NCBI GenBank assembly: GCA_040222015.1
Contig: JAVJWO010000040.1
Location: 102,548 to 166,547 of the forward strand
DNA length: 64,000 nt
Direction of reading: 5' to 3'
DNA from: Coleofasciculus chthonoplastes F2-STO-03
GTDB lineage: Bacteria > Cyanobacteriota > Cyanobacteriia > Cyanobacteriales > Coleofasciculaceae
Positions 19,766 to 30,328 of the stretch are shown here, piece after piece. The notes below the pieces were generated by a model that saw only the letters and a program-made list of their open reading frames with translations, was not told the DNA's origin and ran no database searches. Position numbers and translations under genes: made by a program. Every line of letters starts with the position of its first letter. Positions within the stretch are counted from its first letter, which is position 1.

Positions 19766-20758
19766 TCACTCATGAATTCTACCATCAGGCATTGTCGCCC
19801 CCTGCAAATTTGCCCCCATTAAATTCGTGGTACTCAATTCTGCCCGTGTCAGATTAGCATTGCTCAAATTCGCCCCCATCAGGTTTGTTCGTGCTAAATA
19901 TGCCTCAATTAAATCCGACTCACTCAAATTCGCTTCCCGTAAATTTGTCCGACTCAAATCCGCCCGATTCAATCGCGCAAAACTCAGATTTCCCCGACTC
20001 ACTTGGGCTTTATTCAACCTGACATCTGGCATTACAGCCCCCTGTAAATTCACGCCAGTCAAATCAGCTTCACTTAACATCGCCCGTTCTAATTTGACAT
20101 TCTTCAGCATAGCGCCACGCAAATTCGCCCCCATCAAATTCACTTCCGTCAAAAATGCCGAACTCAAATTCGCGCCACTCAAATCTGCCCCCCGCAAATC
20201 CGCTTCCCGCAAATTCGTTTCCCTTAAATTGGCACCCCTTAAGTTTACTTTCAATAAATCTGCCCCGCACAAATCAGCCCCTTGTAAATCGACGTTCTGT
20301 AAGATGGCGCCCCGCAGCTTGGCAGTATACATCCGCTTTTCTTCTCGCAAATTCGCCCCGCGTAAACACGCCCCAGTTAAATCCGCCCCACTTAAATTAG
20401 CCCCCCGCAAATCAGCATCCATTAAGTTAGCATCGAGCAAACTGGCTAATGTCAAATTGGCGCTTCTTAAGTCAGCACTTTGTAAACTTGCCCCATGTAA
20501 ATCGGCATTATTTAAATTAACCCCACTCAGCCACGCCTGATTTAAATTTGCGCCACTTAACCGTGTCCCTACTAAATTCGCTTTCCTTAAATTCGCGCGA
20601 CTCAGGTAAGCAAAAATTAACGTCGCGCCATGTAAATCAGCCCCATTGAGAACAATGCCAATTAAGTCCGCGCCAAACAAATTGACACCGCTGAGGCTGA
20701 CACCCGTAAACTTGGTTTCTCCCGCTTCATAGCGCTGTAGGAGTTCTTTAACGTTCAT
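19766..20758 (-). CDS. Pentapeptide repeat protein
   Basis: Continuous A(D/N)LxG/A repeats; ELLQRYEAGE N-terminus and MPDG C-terminus. Confidence 0.95.
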   Translation of the reverse strand: MNVKELLQRYEAGETKFTGVSLSGVNLFGADLIGIVLNGADLHGATLIFAYLSRANLRKANLVGTRLSGANLNQAWLSGVNLNNADLHGASLQSADLRSANLTLASLLDANLMDADLRGANLSGADLTGACLRGANLREEKRMYTAKLRGAILQNVDLQGADLCGADLLKVNLRGANLRETNLREADLRGADLSGANLSSAFLTEVNLMGANLRGAMLKNVKLERAMLSEADLTGVNLQGAVMPDVRLNKAQVSRGNLSFARLNRADLSRTNLREANLSESDLIEAYLARTNLMGANLSNANLTRAELSTTNLMGANLQGATMPDGRIHE

Positions 20759-21917
20759 AGAATAATTTCATCGATTGTGCGATCGCGCCAGCGGCTTGAA
20801 TATTTTCATCGGCGTCCTCCAGGGCTTGTGCTGTCTGGAAAAGCTTGGCTTCAAGTTCCTCAATCGTGGGACAAGTCGAGAACAATTCAAATAACAAATC
20901 GTCTAGGGGCTTGGCTTTCATCAATAACCAATCATGTTGGGTTTTCTTAATCGGATGATAGAGTACCGAAAAAATTAATAATTTTGCCCGCAATGGGGTT
21001 GTATATTTCATTACATTTAATCGCAAATCAAACGGGTCATACGGGCATGGCTTTGACGTGGAATCCTGAGTTAAATTTTGTCCATTTTCTTGACTTGTAA
21101 CACCTGATGATTGCTGATTTTTGATTGCTGATTGCTGATGGGTAAATTCGTTTTTATCTTCTCGTTGTTGGGTATTCCTGTTCCCTCGATTGATCGGTGA
21201 GGGCAAGGTTTTCGGTGGCGGTGCTGGTGGCTGCGATCGCACCGCTTTTACGGCTTTCACACTGGTAATTTCTGAATCATCAGTATAGAGTTTTTGCAGC
21301 ACCTTGAGAATGGTTTTTGCCACGACAATATAGTCTGCCTGTCGGTTGAGGGTTTGCACTTGCTGCTTGAGTGCTGCACTGAGTTTCTTGATGCTAGGGT
21401 AAGATTCTCTTAAGTCTTGAATTAAATCCGCCAAATTTAATTGCTCTAGAATCTGCGAGTCGGTTTCCCAGTGATTTTTACCGACATAAAGCATCAGTTT
21501 TTTGATTCGCAGGATATTACTATCTTCTTCCAGTTCACTGGCGGTTTCTAATACTATCCATGGGGGTTGAGTCGCAGCATTAGGCGGGGATTTAACCGCG
21601 ACGACTTGAGTTAATTCTTCCGGTTCGCTATAGAGGGGTTCTAACTGATGAATAATTGTATCCGCCACGAGTAAATATTCAGCTTGGCGGTTCAAGGTTT
21701 CCGCAAAGCTATAAAGCCTTGAACGAAGCTGCTCCAGACTGACATGGGAGACGCGAAGTTGTTGGATTAAATCAGAGAACTCATACTGATTCAGAATTGA
21801 TAACTCGTTTTCCCACTGACTCTGGCAGGTATAAACCATTAACTTTTTTATCCGCGTTGAATTGTCGTGGGTTTCTAAATTTTTAACAATTCTATCTAAA
21901 CTCAATAACCCTGGCAT
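20748..21917 (-). CDS. Hypothetical protein with two internal ~110-aa repeats
   Basis: RIKKLMxY...WE...TLNRQAxY occurs twice; overlaps the pentapeptide gene by 11 nt. Confidence 0.7.
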   Translation of the reverse strand: MPGLLSLDRIVKNLETHDNSTRIKKLMVYTCQSQWENELSILNQYEFSDLIQQLRVSHVSLEQLRSRLYSFAETLNRQAEYLLVADTIIHQLEPLYSEPEELTQVVAVKSPPNAATQPPWIVLETASELEEDSNILRIKKLMLYVGKNHWETDSQILEQLNLADLIQDLRESYPSIKKLSAALKQQVQTLNRQADYIVVAKTILKVLQKLYTDDSEITSVKAVKAVRSQPPAPPPKTLPSPINRGNRNTQQREDKNEFTHQQSAIKNQQSSGVTSQENGQNLTQDSTSKPCPYDPFDLRLNVMKYTTPLRAKLLIFSVLYHPIKKTQHDWLLMKAKPLDDLLFELFSTCPTIEELEAKLFQTAQALEDADENIQAAGAIAQSMKLFYER

Positions 21918-22259
21918 TAATCTAAATGATGAATTGTGAAATTATCGCTTTTATGGAGAAATAATCCGCCGCATTTTGTTTTTGAGCAGGATGCCTTGAA
22001 CTGATGTACCTGCTTAGAGTTATTAACACACATTATTTATTTTGTCAATATTTTAGATTAAACCGATTTCCAACTCTATGATATCAAGACTGCTGGATGT
22101 TCCAGACGTAGCCGGCTAGATCTAGAACAGGTTCCTCTAGCTTCCCCATAAATTATCCTGATCGGGTGGCATAGGCTAAGAAAATTATAAATACTGACCC
22201 CATTTTAGTGGCAGTTTAATCCCTTATCAGTAGTCGATTACGACTCCTTCTAAATCACT

Positions 22260-22541
22260 ATGTTACTTACTCGTCAACAACTCAAAGCCAAAAAACGCAA
22301 TGCCAAACGGCTCAGTCAATTACTCCAAGAGGCTAGAAGAGAACTTGAACACAACATTATCATGTTGGAGGATACGGTTCTCGATCAAGGAATTTGGCAA
22401 ATGTCTGATATTTTGCCCTCCCAAAATGCCCATTCCGTAATTGGCGAAATTCTGGCGATCGCGGATGCCTGGGAACAACTCAACCATTTTGAAATTGAGG
22501 AAAAGTTAGATCATATCGAGGGTAAATTCTATCAAAACTAA
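22260..22541 (+). CDS. Small hypothetical protein
   Basis: 93-aa ORF with ATG start and plausible composition. Confidence 0.5.
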   Translation: MLLTRQQLKAKKRNAKRLSQLLQEARRELEHNIIMLEDTVLDQGIWQMSDILPSQNAHSVIGEILAIADAWEQLNHFEIEEKLDHIEGKFYQN

Positions 22542-22579
22542 ACCATTCTGTTTAATTGGCTCCCTAATCAATTTATCCC

Positions 22580-22789
22580 ACGACCCAAAGGTTAAAGCAA
22601 TTTCCCCAAGAGTACACAGAGATGGCATTTGAGGCATATTGTTTAGGTTACATCAGCTTGAATAAACTAGCTGAACTGCTGGAGATTCCAGTTGAAGAAG
22701 CTAAAGTCCAAGTTGAGGCTCGGAATGCTCCATTAGACTTGGGTGTGAGTGGGGAGTTAGAACTATTGAATGACATTGAGAATGCCTAA
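22580..22789 (+). pseudogene. C-terminal remnant of an antitoxin-like gene (UPF0175-like or ImmA/IrrE C-terminus)
   Basis: Manual translation FPQEYTEMAFEAYCLGYISLNKLAELLEIPVEEA...NDIENA*; stop overlaps the next ATG (ATGCCTAA). Confidence 0.55.
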
Positions 22790-23252
22790 ACCAGAAGCAT
22801 CACCCATCATTTTCGATAACACCGTCTTGAGTAATTTTGCTCTGGTAAGCTGTCACACATTTAAATTGGGAATGGGTAGCGAGCAAGATGCAAAGCCTGC
22901 GGCATGGCTTCGCTTAACGCATTACAAGGGTTTTGCCGTTTTTGACATTAAGGTTTAAATGCCGAACAGCTTACAGGCTTTTGATATCTTACGACAGCTT
23001 TATGAAAGTAGAGCCTTTATTTGTCGAGCGGTTCTACAGGAGATTCAGGCAGGAATTGATAGCGGTTGGAAATATCCTTGGTTACGAGGTAGAACTGGAT
23101 TACAGGTCATTAATCAGGCATTGGACGAGGGTTGGCTGCAAATCCCCAGAAGTGAGGTCAATCCAGGCGACGATATTGTGGAGCTTCAACTTGCCCTAGA
23201 GTATGGTCAACGTTTTGGTGCAGGAGAGGCAGAAGCAATGGCGATCGCTTGA
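22782..23252 (+). pseudogene. PIN-domain (DUF3368-like) toxin gene interrupted by a MITE and truncated
   Basis: IIFDNTVLSNFALV + QAFDIL...VLQEI...GAGEAEAMAIA*; removing the insert restores the frame; final acidic motif missing. Confidence 0.8.
22846..22973. mobile_element. MITE with AGCTGT...ACAGCT ends and TA duplication (copies 30187-30331, 34934-35032, 35055-~35109 partial, 48759-48861, 54466-~54545 partial)
   Basis: TA-AGCTGT...ACAGCT-TA; shared ATTTAAA subterminal motifs and internal TAGCGAGCAAGATGC segment. Confidence 0.85.
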
Positions 23253-23267
23253 ACGAATAAGTAGATC

Positions 23268-24251
23268 TTAGGGAGAATCCATCTCGATTTGCATAGACGA
23301 ACTCATCCGCATCAGCATTTCTTGCTTACTTTCGGGTTCTGTCACCAAAAACTCCATGTTAGAAAGTGTAGACATCATTCCACTAAGCGGCATGATCTGA
23401 TCAAACCCGATGGTCATTGTTCCCGCGCTTTGCATAGCAAAAGACTGAATCTGAAAATTCACACCGGGAGGCGTTCCGGGAAGATTCATTTGGCTCGATT
23501 CTTGAGATTGCTGTTGCATACTCATTTTCAGCGTCACCTGATCTTCATTAATATCTTCCACCTCATATAAGACTTGAACCTGATCCAATGGCAACCCAGA
23601 AACAGGTACAGCGCTGGAGACTTGCCAGGTTGCTCCCACTCCCACTGCTGCTTTGGGAAACGGTGCTGCCGATAATTGCTCTAAGGAACTCAACATTTGC
23701 TGTAAAAGTTGTTGGAGGTTGGGATCAAGATCCGCTGGTAACGATACGTCCACATCTTTAGTGATTCCCTGCTGATCAATCACAAACTCAATGGTTACAT
23801 CCTGGAGTTGTTGCAGTTGCGATCGCAGGGTTTGAATCAGTTCCGGCGGAGCGGTTGTATCCGAGACTACATCCACATCCGTGTAAGTCACTTTAATATG
23901 AGCATCTCCATTCCCATCAACCTGAGTCACCTCTGACTCAACTGTCATCTGTATAGCCGGCATATTCATATTCGGCATCACCTGACCATCCACCGCCCCC
24001 ATCATGTCCATATTCATCGTCAGGACTGTGGTTTGCTTGGTGTTGGCGGCGGGTTTAAACCGCAAAATTTGCCGAGGTTGAACACCTGGATCAAGTAAGA
24101 CTATCGTTGATTTCGCTTCAGTCGCACTTTCGGCTGAGTCAGGAATGGTTTCAATCAAGGGTGTTTGAGCATGGACAGAGGGAGATGGCGGCGTTATTCC
24201 CCATCCAGTAATCAGTAAGAAGGCAACGCCTAAGACGAATGGTTTTTTCAT
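23268..24251 (-). CDS. Secreted hypothetical protein (DUF6263-like)
   Basis: Signal peptide ending VHA; LLDPGVQPRQILRF, FPKAAVGVGATW motifs. Confidence 0.6.
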   Translation of the reverse strand: MKKPFVLGVAFLLITGWGITPPSPSVHAQTPLIETIPDSAESATEAKSTIVLLDPGVQPRQILRFKPAANTKQTTVLTMNMDMMGAVDGQVMPNMNMPAIQMTVESEVTQVDGNGDAHIKVTYTDVDVVSDTTAPPELIQTLRSQLQQLQDVTIEFVIDQQGITKDVDVSLPADLDPNLQQLLQQMLSSLEQLSAAPFPKAAVGVGATWQVSSAVPVSGLPLDQVQVLYEVEDINEDQVTLKMSMQQQSQESSQMNLPGTPPGVNFQIQSFAMQSAGTMTIGFDQIMPLSGMMSTLSNMEFLVTEPESKQEMLMRMSSSMQIEMDSP

Positions 24252-24697
24252 CAGGTTATTCTAAGATTCAGATTCTCCTTTCAATCTAGCTCACCAAAAT
24301 AGGCAGAAAAAATATAGAAGTGTAGGGGCGAGGTTTACCGATAACATGAGAGCCATAAACCGATAAGTAGTCGGACTGGCATAAAACGGCACGCTCCGGC
24401 AAGTGCAAGTAAACCGCCCTCAAACCTTTACTGTTCCCTGTTAAGAGTTCCCTGTTAAGAGTTCCCTAATCTCAACAGTTAACTTTAGTTGTGTCCACCT
24501 ACTTAATACCCACATTCCGCACTTCAAATTGAAGTGCGGAATGTGGGATGATAACCTAGTCCGCGCAGGCGGACTTTGTTTGTCTAGCTGCGATTTCAAT
24601 CGCCCTGGCTGATGGGGTGTTGTGTTCATATCAAAGCCCCCCATTGTTTAAACACAGGATACAGTTCAATCATTTAAGCAGAATTTATCAAAAGCTT

Positions 24698-25957
24698 ATG
24701 GCAGACTCCAGAATCCTTTACCTGGGGATCGATTTCGGTACATCTGGGGCACGGGCGATTGTGATTGACGCCACAGGTGCAGTTCAAGCCGAAGCGCAAT
24801 ATACCTTTGCGGCGACTCCCCTGGTTGAATTAACGGCAATTTGGCAAAGCACTCTGTATCGGCTAATTGAACAAATTCCGGCATCGATTCGACAGGATAT
24901 TACTCGTATCGCCATTGATGGGACATCGGCAACGGTACTGCTATGCGATCGCCAAGGTACTCCAATCACTGAGCCACTTCTCTATAATGATGGGCGAGGG
25001 ATAGACGTGATGGAACAATTACAGCAGATTGCTCCAGCTAATTCCGTCGTTCTCAGTGCTACCTCGAGTCTGGCGAAACTCTTGTGGTTGATTCACCATA
25101 CACCAGGTAGTCTGGACAATTATTACTTCCTCCATCAAGCCGACTGGTTAGCCTTTTTATTACACGGTAAGCTCGGAATTAGCGACTATCACAATGCCTT
25201 AAAGCTGGGATATGACCCAGAAAAGCTAGAGTATCCCAGTTGGATGAAACAACTCCCTCTCACACCAATATTACCCAAAGTCCTGGCTCCGGGAACGCCA
25301 GTTGGTGACGTCACTCCAGAGATTGCTTCCCGGTTAGGATTACACCCAGACTGCCAGGTTTGTACGGGTACAACAGATAGTATTGCTGCATTTCTCGCCA
25401 GTGGTGCAAAGAATCCCGGTGAAGCTGTAACCTCTCTGGGTTCTACATTAGTCCTGAAGTTATTGAGTCATACCCGCGTCGAGGATGCGGGTTACGGAAT
25501 TTATTCTCACCGACTCGGTAATTTATGGTTAACCGGCGGTGCGTCTAATACTGGAGGTGCTGTACTACGACAATTTTTCAGCGACAGAGAACTTGAAGAA
25601 CTTAGCCATCAAATCAACCCTGAGCAGGAAAGTCCCCTAGACTATTATCCATTATTAAAAAGAGGCGATCGCTTTCCCATCAATGACCCTCATCTGTCTC
25701 CCAAATTAGAACCTCAACCTGCCAACCCTGTAGAATTTCTCCACGGTTTACTCGAAAGCATTGCCCGTATTGAAGCACGAGGCTATCAATTATTACAACA
25801 ACTCGGTGCGACTCCCCTCACCTGTGTCTATACGGCGGGAGGAGGTGCTAAAAATACGACATGGACAGCGATTCGCCAACGTCAGCTACAGGTTGCCATT
25901 CAACCCCCCAGACACATAGAAGCAGCTTACGGTACAGCGTTATTCCTGAAGGGGTGA
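24698..25957 (+). CDS. FGGY-family carbohydrate kinase (xylulose/ribulose kinase-like)
   Basis: LGIDFGTSG, IDGTS, GTTDSIAAFLA, SLGSTL, TAGGGAKN motifs. Confidence 0.9.
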   Translation: MADSRILYLGIDFGTSGARAIVIDATGAVQAEAQYTFAATPLVELTAIWQSTLYRLIEQIPASIRQDITRIAIDGTSATVLLCDRQGTPITEPLLYNDGRGIDVMEQLQQIAPANSVVLSATSSLAKLLWLIHHTPGSLDNYYFLHQADWLAFLLHGKLGISDYHNALKLGYDPEKLEYPSWMKQLPLTPILPKVLAPGTPVGDVTPEIASRLGLHPDCQVCTGTTDSIAAFLASGAKNPGEAVTSLGSTLVLKLLSHTRVEDAGYGIYSHRLGNLWLTGGASNTGGAVLRQFFSDRELEELSHQINPEQESPLDYYPLLKRGDRFPINDPHLSPKLEPQPANPVEFLHGLLESIARIEARGYQLLQQLGATPLTCVYTAGGGAKNTTWTAIRQRQLQVAIQPPRHIEAAYGTALFLKG

Positions 25958-25980
25958 CAAGCTCGCGTCAAAGGTAGGCA

Positions 25981-26032
25981 GGGTGTGGGGTATGGGGTGT
26001 GGGGTATGGGGTGTGGGGTATGGGGTGTGGGG
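25981..26032. repeat. Heptamer tandem repeat GGGGT(G/A)T
   Basis: About 7 units seen directly. Confidence 0.9.
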
Positions 26033-26235
26033 CTTCTCGGTAAGGAATACAAAAACCCAGAAGAGGAACTAGGGTAAGGAGCGAGCGCTCTCCAGGCGAG
26101 GCAACGCCCTCAACTGGAAGGACTTCAGGGTCAAAATGAATAAACAATAGAGTTTTTGGTGACTCCCTGAGTAAAGTTCAACACCTCGACTCCGCTCGGT
26201 GTTGACGCCCTCGCGGAGTCGAAGCGTCAATTTTT

Positions 26236-26322
26236 CCCGACACCCGACACCCGACACCCGACACCCGACACCCGACACCCGACACCCGACACCCGACACC
26301 CGACACCCGACACCCGACACCC
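26236..26322. repeat. Heptamer tandem repeat (CACCCGA)n
   Basis: About 12 perfect units. Confidence 0.95.
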
Positions 26323-26370
26323 AGTAGTACCTTCAAGTCCCTTGTCACCCCCTCAGGGCTTGATATCTGA

Positions 26371-28434
26371 TTATCGACTTGACGCCATCAGTTGCTGAGG
26401 CTGGTAGTCGGAACCTTGCTTATTCGCACAAAATCCCAAATCATGCTTTTGTCCCGGTTCAATAACCCGTCCCCAATCCATCGGCGTGACAATATATCGT
26501 GATCCTTTCTGTTGAAAATTCCCATTCCAACTCTGATTAATCGCCGCTTGATTCATCTGAAATTGCACTTGCCAGTCGCGCACTTTGTTATCCGTGGGAT
26601 TAATGACGGCTAAACTCATACAAAATCCCTCTTGCCAATCCGATTGTAGATTCGACATGACTTTCAATTGCGGTGGAGTGGTGGGAATCCTGACGGAGGG
26701 AGGAAACTCAGCGTCACTCCTAACCGCCACGGCTGACAGTTCTCGCAGTTGGTAATCCGAACCCTGCTTATTGGCGCAAAATCCTAACTCGCGGCTTTTT
26801 CCTGGTGCGATCGCACGTCCCCAGTCCAAGGGTTTCCCGACATACTCTGAACCCTGGGTTTTAAAGTTCCCATTCCAGGTCTGACTAATTGTCGCCTGAT
26901 TCATCTGGAACTGCACTTGCCAATCCCTCACCGCCTGATCCGTGGGATTGATCACCTCGATACTCATACAAAACCCATCTTGCCAATCTGATCGCATCGT
27001 TGAGGTGACTTTTAATTCCGGTTGACGGGGACGGGGTTTGAGGGTGGGATTCATCCCTAGGGATGGACTAGGTTTAATATCAGGAATGAACGCCATGGCG
27101 GGTTTGTGGGCAAACCTAGTGGCAATTAGGACTCCTTGTAGTAAGTCTTGCTTGGGTTCCTGCACCGTCAGCCAGTCATCTTTGAGCAGTCCTCCGGTAT
27201 CATCACTATTGGGATTCCAACTCCAGTAGGCAAAACCCAAATCCTCTTTCTGCACAAAATTAACCAATTTCTGTTGCCAAACGCCTTCCTTGGATTGGGA
27301 ATCAACTTGTCGTCCGCCAAACTCCCCGATAAAGACGGGGGCGATTCCTTTTGTGGCAATATAATTCCAGCCGATTTCCCAGCGTCGGGTGAGATTTTGG
27401 GGAAAACTCGGTTCAGAAAACCAGGGTTGATCAAAGACGCCCGAACCATATTCATGGGGAGAATAGACCACTTTATTAGGACGGGACAATCGCACTGGGA
27501 AACGTCCCACGCCCTCTAGATTCGCACCCATCCAATGAATCTCCAGTTGTTGACCGGGAACGTTATTTTCTACCCCTTCGACAACCATTAACCAATCCGG
27601 GTTAATCTCCAGAATCGCATTCCCAGCCCGTTCCGCCGCCAGTCGCCAATCGGTTTCCAAATCCCCAGTTCCCCAACTGGCGCGACCATGGGGTTCGTTT
27701 TTCAGGTCAGCCCCAATCACGTTTAATTGATTTTTGTAGCGTCTGGCTAACACTTTCCAGGTGTCAATCCAATCGGCTTCAGTGAAGCCATCACCATACC
27801 ACAATTCGGGAATCCGTTCGTCGTTGAGTCGGTGAGAGTCCAACAGAATCATTAACCCTTGGCGATCGGCTTCTTGGATAATCATATCCATCACCTGTAG
27901 GGGCGATTTCCCTTCCAGTTCAGCATTTGCACCGATACTATAATCAATCCCAGTCACCTCTGGAGACCTCAGGGATTTTACGGCATAAGGCAGTCGGATC
28001 ATGTTGTATCCTAATGCTTTCATCTGCGCCAGCATCTCCTTATAATCCCGTTTCCACAACCCGTGAGGGGCGTGCATTTCGGTTTCAATACCAAACCAGT
28101 TTACGCCTCGCAGAATGACCAGTTTACCTGTCGCATCCACGATTTTTGCTCCCTCGGTCGAAAGGGGAAAGGTAACGGTAATGATCGGATTGTTCGTCGC
28201 CGCCACGGGTAAATCTGTTGCCCAATCGACGCCCATCACCAGTGATAACAGGAATGCTAACAGGAAACAAATCCCTCGGCGTAAGCCCCGGAGTTTTCGC
28301 CTTCGTTCCTGGGTATTGTTTTGCAGTGGGGACGATAAATCCTTGCTTCCTGGCGATCGCGCCCCAGCTTTTGCCTTTGGCTTCTTCTGCCATCTACCTG
28401 CCTTCTGTTTGTCTTCAGTCAAAGGATATCCCAT
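26371..28434 (-). CDS. GH5 endoglucanase with two C-terminal CBM2 domains (start uncertain)
   Basis: GVNWFG.ET, DLKNEPH (acid/base), YSPHEYG, PVFIGEFGG (nucleophile), YWSWNPNSDDTGG; two SDWQxGFC...WNGNF...GFC repeats. Confidence 0.92.
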   Translation of the reverse strand: MGYPLTEDKQKAGRWQKKPKAKAGARSPGSKDLSSPLQNNTQERRRKLRGLRRGICFLLAFLLSLVMGVDWATDLPVAATNNPIITVTFPLSTEGAKIVDATGKLVILRGVNWFGIETEMHAPHGLWKRDYKEMLAQMKALGYNMIRLPYAVKSLRSPEVTGIDYSIGANAELEGKSPLQVMDMIIQEADRQGLMILLDSHRLNDERIPELWYGDGFTEADWIDTWKVLARRYKNQLNVIGADLKNEPHGRASWGTGDLETDWRLAAERAGNAILEINPDWLMVVEGVENNVPGQQLEIHWMGANLEGVGRFPVRLSRPNKVVYSPHEYGSGVFDQPWFSEPSFPQNLTRRWEIGWNYIATKGIAPVFIGEFGGRQVDSQSKEGVWQQKLVNFVQKEDLGFAYWSWNPNSDDTGGLLKDDWLTVQEPKQDLLQGVLIATRFAHKPAMAFIPDIKPSPSLGMNPTLKPRPRQPELKVTSTMRSDWQDGFCMSIEVINPTDQAVRDWQVQFQMNQATISQTWNGNFKTQGSEYVGKPLDWGRAIAPGKSRELGFCANKQGSDYQLRELSAVAVRSDAEFPPSVRIPTTPPQLKVMSNLQSDWQEGFCMSLAVINPTDNKVRDWQVQFQMNQAAINQSWNGNFQQKGSRYIVTPMDWGRVIEPGQKHDLGFCANKQGSDYQPQQLMASSR

Positions 28435-29203
28435 CCGGCGTAGCATCAAGGATGGGATATGGCTAATGGGTAAGAGTAGGTCTTGGAAAATGTTAAACAT
28501 AGTGGTGTGGATATCCGAATCAGAAACGGTAACAATTGCAATCCCGACTTGGCAATTTTTGGGAGTTGTAATCCCAATCGACGCTCCCAAGCGATTGCTT
28601 TCCTGTCTACTAAGTATTCTAGATAAAGTCTAGTGCAAGCAGGCAGAAATAACGCCAACAGCTAACATCTCCCCCAGCTCCCAGACGTAGCATGCTACGT
28701 CTCTACGCTCCCCCGGCTCCCAGACGTAGCATGCTACGTCTGGAACATTGCTCCCCCGGCTTCATCGTATCTACGAAGCGGCTCTTGTATTTTTATGCCC
28801 GCTGCACTAGGGGGTATAGCCAACTGGCTTAGGGTTAAGAAATGAGCCAAAAATTGTCAGCACCGGAGAGAGCTTGTTTGGTTTGGGTCAAGACTGTTCC
28901 TCACCCTGTCGAGTTTGACCCGAAGTCTCTATCTGATGTTCCCTCGTCTTAGTAATATTTTCTCTCTTTGAACTTTAATTGTAAAGAGATTATAGGTTTA
29001 TAAAGTTTACGTAAAAATACGGACTTAGCCTCTGATTGTTAATCGTAGATTTATAAAAATATATGGACATTTTTTGTCACAAAGATTAACCTTAAAACAG
29101 TCCCCATTAAAGTCCTCCTGCCAATTAGAATTTCTCTCGCCAACGTTTAATAGTAATTAGCAGTACGACGAACACTGGAAATTGTCACTAGGAACTACAA
29201 ATT

Positions 29204-30097
29204 ATGACGGGCTCTCCACTACAACGATTCTTAATTACACCCGCCGTTATCTCGACCGCCGTCTTTGGTGTCTTGACCTTACCTCTGGCTATCTTTGGGG
29301 ATCAGCCAGTCACCATTCAACTCCAAGACGAACCTATATTTCATGGGGAACTCCGAGATCCTAATGTGGCTATGCCTTACCTGGGTTTAGTGGCTATACT
29401 CGGCTTGACAGCAGGAGCCTCTAGCATCGCGATAACCGGTTGGCGTCAGTCTGCCCGTAAATCGGCACAGACGGAAGCACAACTCTCCAGTTTGGAGCAA
29501 AACTTAAAAGAACGAGACGAATTATTAGAGTCTCTCAAAGCGGAAGAATCTCGACTAACCGCTTCTGGCTTAACCTCCTTTTTGGATGAAGAACTCCAAA
29601 CCGACATCCAGTCGTCTCCAGAGGAAAAGCCAGCTCAATCCGAATCAGAACCAGCACCTGAACAGAGTCAACCGGAACCTGCATTGTCACTACCCCAAGT
29701 GACTCAACCAGCACCGGCACCGACTCCCCAGCCAGAGGTCAAACCAGCACCTGCACCCTCGTCTCCTCCCTTTGTGATTAATACTTCACTCGCGACGACG
29801 CCCTATGAGAGTTCTACTCCAGCCACCGTGCAATCCGCCGCCGCCAAGTTTGCTTCCGCGCAAAGCTACATGGCTTATGCGTCCAAAAAAGCCCCAAGCG
29901 AACCGCAGAATGTGACCCCTGCACTCACTCCCTCAGACTTGGAAAAACTGCAAAGTCAATTCCAACAGATTAAAGAGCAAATGGAATTTCTCAACAAGGC
30001 AATACAAGCCCAGCCGGATGCACCCAATGCTTCAGGAACAGCACACCCAACCCAACTGCGCGTGATTAAAAATTGGTCGGTGGAAAAGATTTCTTAG
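29204..30097 (+). CDS. Hypothetical membrane-anchored coiled-coil protein
   Basis: Two N-terminal hydrophobic segments, GWRQSARKS, coiled coil and Pro-rich linker. Confidence 0.7.
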   Translation: MTGSPLQRFLITPAVISTAVFGVLTLPLAIFGDQPVTIQLQDEPIFHGELRDPNVAMPYLGLVAILGLTAGASSIAITGWRQSARKSAQTEAQLSSLEQNLKERDELLESLKAEESRLTASGLTSFLDEELQTDIQSSPEEKPAQSESEPAPEQSQPEPALSLPQVTQPAPAPTPQPEVKPAPAPSSPPFVINTSLATTPYESSTPATVQSAAAKFASAQSYMAYASKKAPSEPQNVTPALTPSDLEKLQSQFQQIKEQMEFLNKAIQAQPDAPNASGTAHPTQLRVIKNWSVEKIS

Positions 30098-30328
30098 GGC
30101 TTCGTCAATGTCTTGACACCGATTTTATCGCTTGTTTGAGTTAATCGCCAAGAATTCAACATCTTGGCAAGCGAGCTACTTTCGGTTAAGCTGTCATGCC
30201 TTTCAATTGGGTATTATACCCCGTCCAAGTTAAAAACTGGAGATTCTTTAAGGGAAAAACGTAGACGCGGTTTAGTAGCGAGCAAGAGGCTTGCCATTAT
30301 TGACATTAAGGTTTAAATGCCGAACCGC

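Noticed and set aside
19827..20540. 237-aa plus-strand ORF
   Set aside because: Antisense shadow of the pentapeptide repeat gene.
26069..26320. 83-aa ORF with SGVGCRV repeats
   Set aside because: Translation of the (CACCCGA)n heptamer repeat.
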